Below are positions 47,095-56,223 of a stretch of DNA of 64,000 bases, one piece after another. The notes beneath the pieces are model-generated. The model had not been told where the DNA came from. It did not search any database and worked only from the letters and a program-made list of their open reading frames with translations. This stretch comes from an uncultured Pseudomonadota bacterium (GTDB taxonomy: Bacteria; Pseudomonadota; Gammaproteobacteria; Steroidobacterales; Woeseiaceae). Numbering within the stretch: position 1 is the first letter of the stretch; the number at the start of each line of letters is the position of its first letter. The DNA lies in NCBI GenBank assembly GCA_963770585.1, contig CAVYQH010000004.1, positions 48,453 to 112,452 on the forward strand, written 5' to 3'. The position numbers were made by a program, and so were the translations under genes.

Positions 47095-48088
47095 CTACAG
47101 TTCCACCATCAGCTTGCCCTGGTTGCCGCCGCTAAAGAGCAGGTTGATGCCGTCGATCGCGCTTTCGAGGCCGTGCAGGACGTGCGCGCGATAGCGGAGC
47201 TTGCCAGCCAGCAGGTACTCGCCGATCTTTTGCGACATCGCCGGCACTCTCGTCCCAGTGATCCGGCATCGTGAAGCCACGTATCGTCAGCCGCTTGCGA
47301 ATGATATTGAGCCAGTTCGGGCCGGGCGCCGGCGCCGGGTTGTTGTAGTCCGAGATCATCCCGCAGACGACGATGCGGCCGTGCGCGTTCATCCGCTGGT
47401 AGGCGGCGAACTGGATCGGACCGCCGGTGTTCTCGAAGTAGATGTCGACGCCATCCGGAGCCGCCGCGGCAAGCTCCTCCTGCAAGGTCTTGCTGCGGTA
47501 GTCGAGCGCTGCATCGAAGCCGAGTTTCCCGGTCAGCCAGTCGCGCTTTTCCCGGCTGCCCGCGCTGCCGATCACGCGCAGGCCGACGATCTTGCCGAGC
47601 TGGCCGGCGATCGAGCCGACGGAACCTGCGGCCCCCGACACGAGCAGCGTTTCGCCGGCCCTCGGTTCGGCCAGCACCATCAGTCCCTGCCAGGCGGTGA
47701 CGCCGGGGAGCGCGAGCACGCACAGCGCGGCCTCGGCCGGGATGCCGGGCGGAACCGCGTTGAGCCGCGTGCCGTCGCTCAGCGCATATTCGGCCCAGCC
47801 GAACATGCCCATGACGCGCGTGCCGACGGGAAATCGCGCATTGCGGCTCTCGACGACTTCGCCGAATCCGCTCGAACGCATCACTGCACCGAGTTCCACC
47901 GGCGGGATGTAGCTGCCGCGGTCGGCCGACATCCAGCCCTTCATCGCCGGGTCGAGCGACATGTGCGTCTGGCGGATCAACAGTTGGCCTTCGGCCAGCG
48001 CCGGCGCTTCGAGTTTCACGACCTCGAAGAGGTCCGGGGTGATGCGCGGCTCGGGACGTTTGACGAGCCGGATAGCGGTGTATTGCAT
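47095..48088 (-). pseudogene. NADP-dependent oxidoreductase (MDR family, YncB/CurA/PTGR-like), one frame switch near 47250
   Basis: MQYTAIRLVKRPEPRITPDLFEV.., VSGAAGSVGSIAGQLGKIVG.RVIGSAGS.EK.. The C-terminus continues in ORF 47095-47280 (..IGEYLLAGKLRYRAHVLHGLESAIDGINLLFSGGNQGKLMVEL). Confidence 0.8.
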
Positions 48089-48135
48089 GACGCTGCCTCG
48101 TGCGGGACGTCGTGATACCGGGACGATAGCACGCT

Positions 48136-48200
48136 GTTGGAGCGCGCCGTGCGCGCGACTTTTGCCGGACGATTCATCGCGCCCATGGGGCGCGCCTACA
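48136..48200. repeat. REP-like pair (second copy degenerate)
   Basis: 48136-59 fwd (GTTGGAGCGCGCCGTGCGCGCGAC); 48177-200 is a degenerate reverse form. Confidence 0.7.
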
Positions 48201-48222
48201 GGCGACGCTTTAGAATCGCTCC

Positions 48223-49230
48223 ATGGCAACCGCCTTCGAATGGCCCGGCACCATCACCTACAGCGAGACGGCAAACCTGCCGATCCGGCGCGTCCGCTGC
48301 GGGCGCGGATTCACCTACCGCGACGCCGCCGGTGCCGCCGTGCGCGACGATCACGTACGCCGGAGGATAAAAGCGCTTGCGATCCCGCCCGCCTGGGAAA
48401 ACGTACGCATCGCGGCCTTCGCCACCTGGCACGTCCAGGCGATCGGTCGCGATGCGCGCGGGCGCCGCCAGTACCGCTACCACCCGCTGTGGATCGAACA
48501 GAACAAGCTCAGGGACTTCGGCCGGCTCGTCGCGTTCGCCGGCAAGCTGCCGGCGATTCGCGACTACGTGGATGCACAGCTCCGCCGCCGGCAACTCGAC
48601 AAGGAGCAGGTCACCGGCATCGCGCTGCACCTGCTCGATACGACGCTCATTCGCGTCGGGAACGCGGCCTATGCTGAAGCCAACGGCAGCTTCGGGCTGA
48701 CGACTCTGCGGAACCACCATGTGCAGCTCGACGGCTCGAGCATCCTGTTCACATTCGCCGGCAAAGGCGGCAAGCGGCGACGGCTGTGGCTGGATGATCC
48801 GCGCGCCGCTCGCGCCGTGCGGCACTGCCACGAGTTGCCCGGCCACCAGCTGTTGCAATACGTGGCGGACGACGGCGAGCTCGTCGCGCTGACCTCGACA
48901 GACGTCAACGACGCATTGCAGCAGCTCACCGGCGAATCGTTCACGGCGAAAACCTTTCGCACCTGGGGCGCGTCGAGCGATGCATTCGAGCGCCTCGTGC
49001 TGGTCGGGCCGGCGGAGTCCCAGGCGGAGGGCATGCGCAACCTGAACGCCGCCTTGCTGGACACGGCGGGCAGGCTCGGCAACACGCTGGCCGTGTGCCG
49101 GAAATACTATGTGCATCCCGCGATCGGCGAGGTCTATCTCGAAGGCGCATTGCCGCCGTCGTTCGGACAGGCGCGCAAGGGGCTGAGCGAGGCCGAATCG
49201 GCGCTCGCGAGATTTCTCGAAGGTTTGTAG
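48223..49230 (+). CDS. DNA topoisomerase IB (poxvirus-like bacterial type)
   Basis: IKALAIPPAWENV.., QAIGRDARGRRQYRYHP.W...., GLTTLRN.HV.., F.F.GKGGK.., TAKTFRTWGAS.., CRKYYVHP (active-site Tyr context). Confidence 0.85.
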   Translation: MATAFEWPGTITYSETANLPIRRVRCGRGFTYRDAAGAAVRDDHVRRRIKALAIPPAWENVRIAAFATWHVQAIGRDARGRRQYRYHPLWIEQNKLRDFGRLVAFAGKLPAIRDYVDAQLRRRQLDKEQVTGIALHLLDTTLIRVGNAAYAEANGSFGLTTLRNHHVQLDGSSILFTFAGKGGKRRRLWLDDPRAARAVRHCHELPGHQLLQYVADDGELVALTSTDVNDALQQLTGESFTAKTFRTWGASSDAFERLVLVGPAESQAEGMRNLNAALLDTAGRLGNTLAVCRKYYVHPAIGEVYLEGALPPSFGQARKGLSEAESALARFLEGL

Positions 49231-49234
49231 TAGC

Positions 49235-49258
49235 GCGCTCCAACAGGGGCGCTCCAAC
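49235..49258. repeat. two partial REP half-sites
   Basis: GCGCTCCAAC at 49235-44 and 49249-58, between convergent genes. Confidence 0.6.
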
Positions 49259-49259
49259 A

Positions 49260-51401
49260 TCAAGGGCTGAGCACGAGTTCCACGCCGCCGCCGAGACCCG
49301 AGGGCACGACTTTGGTGTCGCCGGAGGCGTCGCGCTCGAAGCTCAGGTTCAGCAATTCCTCGCCGATGCGGAGCGATCCGATCCGCAGCATGCGGAGAAA
49401 CGGCGGCAGCACCGGCCCCTCGATGCGCACCTGTTGCTCCGAGGCGTCGATCGACAGCCCGAGCGCGGCGGTGACAAGGCCGTAGCAGGCCGCGCTCGAC
49501 CAGGCTTGCGGCGAGCAGGCATCCGCGTAATTCACCGGGCTCCGTCCGCGTTTCTTCGCGAAGCCGCAGAACAATTCGGGCAGGCGGTTCAGGCGCATGT
49601 GGAGCGAGGCCTCGAACAGGCCGGTGAGCAGCCGTGCCGCCGCGCGGCGGTAACCGTGGCGGGCCATGCCGAGCGCGACGAGCGTCGTATCGTGCGGCCA
49701 CACCGAGCCGTTGTGGTAGGACAGCGGGCTGTAGCGTACTTCGCGTGCGCTGAGCGTGCGCACGCCCCAGCCGGAATACATGCCGGCGCGGCTCAGCGTG
49801 TCCACCAGCCGGCGTGCACGGTCCGGGTCGACGACGTCGGTCAGGAGTAGATGACCCGCGTTGGAGGTAATGACGCGGCACGGCTCCTTGTTGCCGTCGA
49901 GTGCCAGGGCATAGGCGCCGAGCCCATCGTCCCAGAACGCCGCATTGATACGCACCGCGAGTTCCCGCGCTTCGCCGGCCAGGCGATCCGCGAGAGCGGC
50001 CTCGCCGAGCATCGCTGCCAGCGTGCTTGCGCCCTGCTTGGCTGCGTACACGTAGGCCTGCACCTCGCAAAGCGCAATCGGCCCAGGCGCAAGCTCCCCG
50101 TCGGCATGGCTGATCGCCGTCTCCGAATCCTTCCAGCCCTGGTTTCGCAGGCCGGTGTCGCATTCCCGCTGGTACTCGACGAAGCCGTCGTCGTCGACGT
50201 CGCCGTAGCGATCGATCCACTCCAGCGCGCTCGTGATGTTCGGCCAGATTGCACGGATCAGGTCTGTGTCGCCCGTGCGCTCCCAGTAACGGCTCGCGAG
50301 CATCACGAACAGCGGCGTCGCGTCGACGCTGCCGTAGTAGGCCGCGAACGGTACCTCGCCGGTGCGTGCCATTTCCCCGCGCCGCGATTCGTGCAGGATC
50401 TTGCCCGGCGTCGCGTCGCGGAATGCGTCCTCCGTGGTCGCCTGCACCGCCGCCAGGTGGCGCAATACGCCCGCCGCGATGCCGGGCTCGAAGACCAGGG
50501 ACAAAAGCGCGGTGATCAGGCCGTCGCGCCCGAACACGGTGTTGAACCAGGGTGTGCCGGCATGCGGATAGAGTCCCTGCGGCGTCTCGGACATGAGCAT
50601 GTGCAGGTCGTTCACCGAACGGCCGGCGAAACCGTTGAACAATTCGTTGCTGCTGGAGAGTGCGGGGCGGTCGCGCTCGACATCGAGCGCGCGGCGCCGC
50701 ATGCCGCGATAGTTTTCGCGCAGGTCCTGCGCCGGCAGCGCCGCGGCGCCGTCCAGCACCTGGCGCGCTTCGGCGAGCATGTGCACCACGCACTCGGCGT
50801 CCGGTGCGAGCTTCAGGTTGTGCACAGCGGAACTCGCGGCGAGGGACTGCGGCGCCGGCACGAAGCGCAGCGTCGTGCTGCGCGCGATGCCGTCCTGCCC
50901 GGTGTAGCGCAGGACGACCGAGTCGCGATTGGTCTCCGCCGGCGCGCGCGGTCCCCTGCCTGAGCGCGGCGTGCCGCGGATCTCGAAGATGTCCGTGAAA
51001 TCGGCATCGAACACGTGCTGCAGCATGAGTAACAGCGGGTCCTTGCAATAGGAGCGGATTTTCAGGCGTTGGTGCAGCGTGTCGTTCCAGATGAACAGCT
51101 GGCGCACGACGTGGATGGTCTCGCGAACGAGTGGTTCCTGGCTGCCGATGCCGTAAACATCGGAGTTGGCGAGATCGACCGACAGGAGCGCGCCGTCGGG
51201 CGTCACGTTCGAGGCGAGGAGTAGCGGCGTCACCGCGCCGATCCGGAGCTCCAGCCGCGACAGGTGCCGGCAATCGTTGAGGTAGAAGCCCTGATCGGCA
51301 TGCAGGTCGGCACGCACATCGCCGAAGTCATCGGGTACGCAGAAAGCATCGTCGCACTTGAGGACGTAGGCCTTGGTGGTCGGGCGAGTCGACGCTTCCA
51401 T
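49260..51401 (-). CDS. amylo-alpha-1,6-glucosidase / glycogen-debranching-enzyme-like protein (GDE_N_bis + GDE_C)
   Basis: 713 aa. N-domain GFYLNDCRHLSRLEL.. The (alpha/alpha)6 C-domain has PWFNTVFGRDGLITAL.., EYQRE...GLRNQGWKDS.., SYHNGSVWPHD. Confidence 0.85.
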   Translation of the reverse strand: MEASTRPTTKAYVLKCDDAFCVPDDFGDVRADLHADQGFYLNDCRHLSRLELRIGAVTPLLLASNVTPDGALLSVDLANSDVYGIGSQEPLVRETIHVVRQLFIWNDTLHQRLKIRSYCKDPLLLMLQHVFDADFTDIFEIRGTPRSGRGPRAPAETNRDSVVLRYTGQDGIARSTTLRFVPAPQSLAASSAVHNLKLAPDAECVVHMLAEARQVLDGAAALPAQDLRENYRGMRRRALDVERDRPALSSSNELFNGFAGRSVNDLHMLMSETPQGLYPHAGTPWFNTVFGRDGLITALLSLVFEPGIAAGVLRHLAAVQATTEDAFRDATPGKILHESRRGEMARTGEVPFAAYYGSVDATPLFVMLASRYWERTGDTDLIRAIWPNITSALEWIDRYGDVDDDGFVEYQRECDTGLRNQGWKDSETAISHADGELAPGPIALCEVQAYVYAAKQGASTLAAMLGEAALADRLAGEARELAVRINAAFWDDGLGAYALALDGNKEPCRVITSNAGHLLLTDVVDPDRARRLVDTLSRAGMYSGWGVRTLSAREVRYSPLSYHNGSVWPHDTTLVALGMARHGYRRAAARLLTGLFEASLHMRLNRLPELFCGFAKKRGRSPVNYADACSPQAWSSAACYGLVTAALGLSIDASEQQVRIEGPVLPPFLRMLRIGSLRIGEELLNLSFERDASGDTKVVPSGLGGGVELVLSP

Positions 51402-51416
51402 CGCCCGCGCCGGACT

Positions 51417-52508
51417 TCACACGATCCGGATCGTGGACTCGCGCTCGAGCAGCGCTTCGTACACCGTGCAGTACTGGTCCACCATGCGCCGCGCGTTGAA
51501 GCGCTGTTCAAACTCCCGGCGGAGCGCGCGCCGGTCGAGTCCAGCAAGCTGCGGGACGCATGCGACAGCCCCGGCGACGTCGTCGACGATGAAGCCCGTC
51601 TCCCCGTGCCGGATCAGCTCCGGCACCGAGCCGGCATTGAAGGCGATGGTCGGTGTGCCGCAGGCCAGCGCTTCGATGATGGTGAGCCCGAACGGTTCCG
51701 GCCAGTCGATGGGCAGCAGCACGCCGAGTGAATCGCCGAGCAGCGCCTGCTTTTCCGCGTCGTTGACCTCGCCGACGAATTCCACCAGCGGATTGTCGAG
51801 GAGCGGCCGGATGACGGTTTCGAAGTACACCTGGTCGGCACGATCGACTTTCGCCGCGATCCGCAGCGGCAAGCCCGCCTCGGTGGCGATCCGGATGGCG
51901 CGGTCGGGACGCTTCTCCGGAGCGATACGGCCGAGAAAAAGCAGGCTCTCGGACGGCGTCGGCGAAAAGGCGAAGGTCGCCGGGTCGTAGCCATGGTAGA
52001 TGTTCTCCACCCAGTTCGCCCACGGCATGGGCTCGCGCTGGGCGTAGGAGATCGACACCATCGGCAGCGTGCGGAATTCCTTCTGCAGAATCAGGAAGTC
52101 CGGCAGGTCGAGGCGCCCGTGCACCGTCGTAACGTTCGGCGGGAAGCAGTGCGTCGCCGCGATGTAATTCAGGAACGGTTCGTGGCAGTGAACGACATCG
52201 AACTCAGCGGCGCGGCGGATGACCTGTTCGAGTTGCACGAGCAGGTAGGGCATGTGGGTCTCGCAGGCCGGTTCGGAGCGCAGCGCGCGCGGCACGATGG
52301 GCGCGAGCCGCGCCGAAGTTACCGAGTCGCCGCTCGCGAACAGCGTCACTTCATGGCCGCGCCGGACCAGTTCCTCGGTGATGGCGGACACCACGCGCTC
52401 CGTGCCGCCGTATTTCGCGGGCGGGACGCTCTCGGCGAGCGGCGCGAGCTGCGCGATGCGCAGCTTCCGGTCGGCGACGGGTGCAGGCAGCGATACGGCG
52501 GCGTTCAC
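51417..52508 (-). CDS. glycosyltransferase family 4
   Basis: LRIAQLAPLAESVPPAKYGGTERVVSAITEELVRRGHEVTLFASGDS. C-domain has LLFLGRIAPEKRPD.., PIDWPEPFGLTIIEALACGTPTIAFNAGSVPELI.HGETGFIV. Confidence 0.85.
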   Translation of the reverse strand: MNAAVSLPAPVADRKLRIAQLAPLAESVPPAKYGGTERVVSAITEELVRRGHEVTLFASGDSVTSARLAPIVPRALRSEPACETHMPYLLVQLEQVIRRAAEFDVVHCHEPFLNYIAATHCFPPNVTTVHGRLDLPDFLILQKEFRTLPMVSISYAQREPMPWANWVENIYHGYDPATFAFSPTPSESLLFLGRIAPEKRPDRAIRIATEAGLPLRIAAKVDRADQVYFETVIRPLLDNPLVEFVGEVNDAEKQALLGDSLGVLLPIDWPEPFGLTIIEALACGTPTIAFNAGSVPELIRHGETGFIVDDVAGAVACVPQLAGLDRRALRREFEQRFNARRMVDQYCTVYEALLERESTIRIV

Positions 52509-52524
52509 GGCGCGGACCGGCTCG

Positions 52525-52824
52525 TCACGCGCGCTTGCGGATGGCGCTGATCAGCTCATCCCTCTTCATCTTGCTGCGGCCCGCGATATTGAGCTCGCTG
52601 GCCCGGTTGCGCAGTTCACGCACGCTGCGTGCCTCGAGGCTGGTGTTCGGGTTGCCGGTGCCCTGGGATTCGCGGTTCGGCGTACGGCCTTCCTTGCGGC
52701 GGTCCCTGTTTACCGTGCGGGCAGCGATTTCCTTCGCCCGTTTCGCGCTCTTGCCTTCATCCCGGGCACTCTTGCTGATGTGCTCGTATTTGCGTTCGTC
52801 TTTTTCTGACCACGCGGTTGGCAT
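52525..52824 (-). CDS. small basic protein with C-terminal Rho_N/SAP-like motif
   Basis: Start at an internal ATG (52824): MPTAWSEKDERKYEHISKSARDEGKS.KRAKEIAARTVN..RRKEGRTPN...QGTGNPNTSLE.RS..EL.N.A.EL.I.GRS.M.RDELI.AI. Confidence 0.65.
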   Translation of the reverse strand: MPTAWSEKDERKYEHISKSARDEGKSAKRAKEIAARTVNRDRRKEGRTPNRESQGTGNPNTSLEARSVRELRNRASELNIAGRSKMKRDELISAIRKRA

Positions 52825-53016
52825 TTTCGACTCCTTAGCAGCGGGCACCGGCAATTCCTGCCTGTGCTCTGTAAAAGATTCCCGGCAGACTGCGCAGGCG
52901 CCGCGGTCTTCGTGTTCGTATCGTGGCGGCATCTCTGATGGAGCAAGATTTGTGCCAGCGGCGTCGTGCGCGGGCTCTGCTTGCAATAAAGGTACCAATG
53001 TACCAATATACCGGCC

Positions 53017-53271
53017 ATGAAGACCGTGACTCGCATCCAGACCGGTGTCCGCCTCGAGAAGCGCCTTCTGAAAGTACTCAAAGGCCTGGCGGAACACCTG
53101 GACCTTTCCCTGGGCGACCTGATCGAGGGCGTCGTCCTGCACAGCTTCGAGAACAAGCCGCCCTTCGGCAAGGCAACGATCGACAAGATCGCGCAGTTGA
53201 AAGCGGTCTACGAACTCGAGCTGACCGCGGCCGACAGCCATCGGCTCAGGGAAACGAAGGGGCGAAAATGA
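53017..53271 (+). CDS. hypothetical small protein (possible DNA-binding)
   Basis: 84 aa. Its stop overlaps the next start (ATGA at 53268-71). No family recognised with certainty. Confidence 0.4.
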   Translation: MKTVTRIQTGVRLEKRLLKVLKGLAEHLDLSLGDLIEGVVLHSFENKPPFGKATIDKIAQLKAVYELELTAADSHRLRETKGRK

Positions 53272-53645
53272 GCAGCATCAGCCTCTTCGAACGGCTCGAG
53301 GCGCGCAGCATTGAGCCCGCTGGCTTCGGCCACCGTGAACACCTGCAGGCGGCCTATGAACTGCTGGAGCGCGAGCCGTTTCTCGACGCCGCGGTCCGCT
53401 ACACGCGAGCGATCGACGGCTTCGCGCGCTCGGCGGGTGCTGCGGACAAGTTCAACCTGACCATGACCATCGCGTTTCTGAGCGTCATCGCCGAGCGCAT
53501 GGCGGCGCGGCCGTATCCGTCGTTTGCCGCGTTCCTCGACGCCAACCCCGGGCTCGCGGCGAATGCGCTGGCGCGGTACTACTCCGGCGCGCGGCTCGAG
53601 AGCGCGCTCGCACGCCGGACTTTCCTGTTGCCGGACCGGTCGTAG
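53268..53645 (+). CDS. hypothetical protein
   Basis: 125-aa helical protein, translationally coupled to 53017-53271. Start at an internal ATG of ORF 52923-53645. Confidence 0.4.
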   Translation: MSSISLFERLEARSIEPAGFGHREHLQAAYELLEREPFLDAAVRYTRAIDGFARSAGAADKFNLTMTIAFLSVIAERMAARPYPSFAAFLDANPGLAANALARYYSGARLESALARRTFLLPDRS

Positions 53646-53690
53646 CAGCGTTCGAAGGGCGCGATGCGCGGGCGGGGCCCGCTCCCGGGA

Positions 53691-54215
53691 TCAGGCCCAG
53701 CTGCGCACGGGGTCGGGTTTCTCGAACAGGGTACGCATGCGCTGGAGGTGTTCCTGCTGCACCGGCGTCGGGCCGCCACCGACCACAGCGATACTTTCCA
53801 TCATCTCGAGCAACGACCGTGCCTGCTCCGGCGAGAACGAATCCTTGAGCTTTCCGGCCAGGCCATTGAGCTGCATTTCGATGATTTGCGGTGCGCCGAG
53901 CAGGTGCGCCGCCGAGCCGAGCAGGCCGGAAGCCTCTTTGTCGTTCAGCGAAAACCGCTTTGCGAACAGGTCGAGGATCGCCTGTTTTTGCTCCTGGCTG
54001 AGATCGCCGTCCAGTTTCGCCACGCCGGTGACGAAGATTGCCGCAGCATGGATCGGATCCTCGACCGAGTAGATCGGATCACCGTCGTACTTCTTCGCCC
54101 AGGCGCGCCGCCGGCGCCAGGACCAGGGGTTGTACCAGCCTATGTCTATGCCGACGCGATCGAGTACGTAGAGGATCGTGACGATTGCGCTCAGCAGGCC
54201 GAACAGTATGTGCAT
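53691..54215 (-). CDS. TerB-like (tellurite-resistance/DjlA N-domain-like) membrane-anchored protein
   Basis: N-terminal TM helix (ILFGLLSAIVTILYVL), then AAIFVTGVAKLDGDLSQEQKQAILDLFAKRFSL.. and SPEQARSLLEMMESIAVVGG, typical of the TerB fold. The upstream extension is REP-derived. Confidence 0.6.
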   Translation of the reverse strand: MHILFGLLSAIVTILYVLDRVGIDIGWYNPWSWRRRRAWAKKYDGDPIYSVEDPIHAAAIFVTGVAKLDGDLSQEQKQAILDLFAKRFSLNDKEASGLLGSAAHLLGAPQIIEMQLNGLAGKLKDSFSPEQARSLLEMMESIAVVGGGPTPVQQEHLQRMRTLFEKPDPVRSWA

Positions 54216-54257
54216 AGCTGAGTTTCTTTCCTTCGAACCCTGCCGCGGTTTGCGCCT

Positions 54258-54318
54258 GTTGGAGCGCGCCATGCGCGCGACCCGTCGCGCCCATGGGGCG
54301 ATCCAACAGCGCTCCAAC
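54258..54318. repeat. REP-like pair plus half-site
   Basis: 54258-81 fwd, 54284-307 rev, extra GCGCTCCAAC at 54309-18. Confidence 0.8.
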
Positions 54319-54322
54319 AGCG

Positions 54323-54991
54323 CTACGGCGTTGCCTGGCCGAAATCCGGGCTGTCGGCCGAGAGGTACTCGTCCTCGGCGGGTGTGTTCTGCCGGCCCAG
54401 CATCTGGTTGCGATGGGGAAAGCGGCCGAACTGCTCGATGATGTCGCGGTGCAGCTCCGCGTAGTACGCCACCGTCTGGAAGGTCTCGCGGAGCGTCGGC
54501 GATACCGACTCCGCGAGCTTCGTGTAGAGCTCCACCGACTTCGCCTGGATCTTCGAAGATTCCGCATGTTGCAGCGGCATGTAGAAGAACACGCGTTCGA
54601 TCGGCAATAGTCCCTTGTCGTTCTTCCCCATCGCGCCCTCGACGCAGAGCTTCAGCGCCGCCTTGTCCTTGTCGAAAGCTTTCGGCGTGCCGCGGTAGAT
54701 GTTGCGGCGGAACTGGTCGAGCAGCAGGATCAGCGCGAGCCGCCCGCGCGGCGCCTTGGCCCAGTGGTCGAGCTTCCCTTCCGATGCCGCAAGCACGTCG
54801 TCCCCGAATTCGCGTTCGATCTCCAGGTCGAAGGCTTCGTCCTCTCCGAACCAGAGATCCATGCGCCGGTCTATCTGCGGCGCCGATAGCTGTTGTTCCT
54901 TGAACCAGAACTCGAGAATCTTGTCGATGCGGACCTGATCGACATCGGTGATCGTCGCTTCGCCCGCTTCACTCAACAGTTTTACTGCCAT
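54323..54991 (-). CDS. DUF924 family protein
   Basis: ILEFWF.., RLALILLLDQF.RNIYRGT..AF..D..AL.., FFYMPL.H.E.., H.DII..FGRFPHRN..LGR..T..E..YL. Confidence 0.85.
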   Translation of the reverse strand: MAVKLLSEAGEATITDVDQVRIDKILEFWFKEQQLSAPQIDRRMDLWFGEDEAFDLEIEREFGDDVLAASEGKLDHWAKAPRGRLALILLLDQFRRNIYRGTPKAFDKDKAALKLCVEGAMGKNDKGLLPIERVFFYMPLQHAESSKIQAKSVELYTKLAESVSPTLRETFQTVAYYAELHRDIIEQFGRFPHRNQMLGRQNTPAEDEYLSADSPDFGQATP

Positions 54992-55156
54992 CGTTCCTTC
55001 CCGGCCGCGCCAGTGCGGCCCCGCCATCCACCCAATGTCGCCCTGAAATGCCGATGGCCGCGCCAGAAAGTGCGACCTGGTTCACGAATCCGCGGCCGAG
55101 GCGAGGACGCGGATTCCGGGCTCAGTAGACTGTAACAGGTTCCGGCTTCGCGGGTT

Positions 55157-55693
55157 TTGAACCGCTCGACGAAAATGACGACTCGTCCATGGCGAGCCAG
55201 TGGGACTGACCGGCTCGCACTCGCAATTCGAATTGCCGCCTCGCTGATGGCGCTCGCCCTGCTGTTGCTGGCCAGCGGCTGTGGCGCCGAGCGCGGGACG
55301 CCGGAGGAGCAGCTGCACGCATGGGTCGCCGCGGTGGAAAGCGCTGCGGAGGACAAGTCACGCGCGCCGATCATGGATCTCATCGCCGTCGCCTACAACG
55401 ACGCGCGCGGTCATGCCCGCGACGACGTCGACAAATTGCTGCGGCTGTGTTTCCTGCGCCAAAACACGATTGCAGTCCTGACCGCAATCGAAGAGATCGA
55501 CGTCACCGGTGGCAACGCCGCCATGATGACCGTGACGGTCGGCATGGCAGGCACCGACGGTCGCGCACTGGGTCTGTCGGCGGATGCATATCGCTTTGAA
55601 CTCGAGCTCGAAGCGGAGGGCGAGCCGGAGTCGTACGCCGACTGGCGCCTGCTTTCCGCCCGCTGGGCCGAACTCGGCGAGCCGGTGCGCTAG
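55157..55693 (+). CDS. hypothetical lipoprotein
   Basis: Lipobox LLLLASGCG. No family recognised. The start may be an internal ATG. Confidence 0.5.
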   Translation: MNRSTKMTTRPWRASGTDRLALAIRIAASLMALALLLLASGCGAERGTPEEQLHAWVAAVESAAEDKSRAPIMDLIAVAYNDARGHARDDVDKLLRLCFLRQNTIAVLTAIEEIDVTGGNAAMMTVTVGMAGTDGRALGLSADAYRFELELEAEGEPESYADWRLLSARWAELGEPVR

Positions 55694-55716
55694 GCCGGCT
55701 GCGCCAGGGGACGAAC

Positions 55717-56223
55717 ATGTACCGGTTCAACGCCACGCGCAGCACGATCGCCATCGCGGGACTCGTGATCGCCGCCTGCGCGAGCCTCGAGGACCTGGTC
55801 AGCCCGCCGAATGTGAGCCTCCGGAACGTCCATGCGGAGGAACTCGGCTTCGAGCGCCAGACCTTCCTGTTGTCCTTCGACGTTACGAATCCGAATCCTT
55901 TCCCGCTGCCGCTGACCGAGATCCGCTACGGAATCGAACTCGACGGCATGCGATTCGCGAGCGGCAAGACGCCGGCCAGCCTTAACATCCCGGCCGGCAG
56001 CGAGAGCGAGTTTGCGATCCGCGTGGAGATGGACCTCGTGAGCACTGTTCCCGACCTGTTGTTCGTACTCCGGAACGGCATGGACCGGGACATTCCCTAC
56101 AGCCTCGAAGGCGAGTTGCATACCTCGATCCCGGGCGCCCGGCCGGTGCACTTCGCGAGCGCCGGCGCGGTCCGCCTTCTCAATTCAGGTGACAGTTACC
56201 TTATCTCGCGAGAGACAAGATAA
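55717..56223 (+). CDS. LEA_2 / WHy-domain lipoprotein
   Basis: Lipobox GLVIAACAS. P.VSLRNV....L.F.RQTFLLSFDV.NPNPFPLPL..I.Y.I.L.G..FASG matches the late-embryogenesis-abundant type-2 fold. The last 12 codons run into a hairpin-arm repeat. Confidence 0.7.
   Translation: MYRFNATRSTIAIAGLVIAACASLEDLVSPPNVSLRNVHAEELGFERQTFLLSFDVTNPNPFPLPLTEIRYGIELDGMRFASGKTPASLNIPAGSESEFAIRVEMDLVSTVPDLLFVLRNGMDRDIPYSLEGELHTSIPGARPVHFASAGAVRLLNSGDSYLISRETR

Noticed and set aside
48196-51273. 1025-aa minus-strand ORF, the longest non-gltB ORF in the track
   Set aside because: Arg/Ala/Gly/Pro-rich shadow frame. It spans the plus-strand topoisomerase IB gene and, in a different frame, the well-supported GDE-like gene. 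This is typical of stop-poor alternative frames in high-GC DNA.
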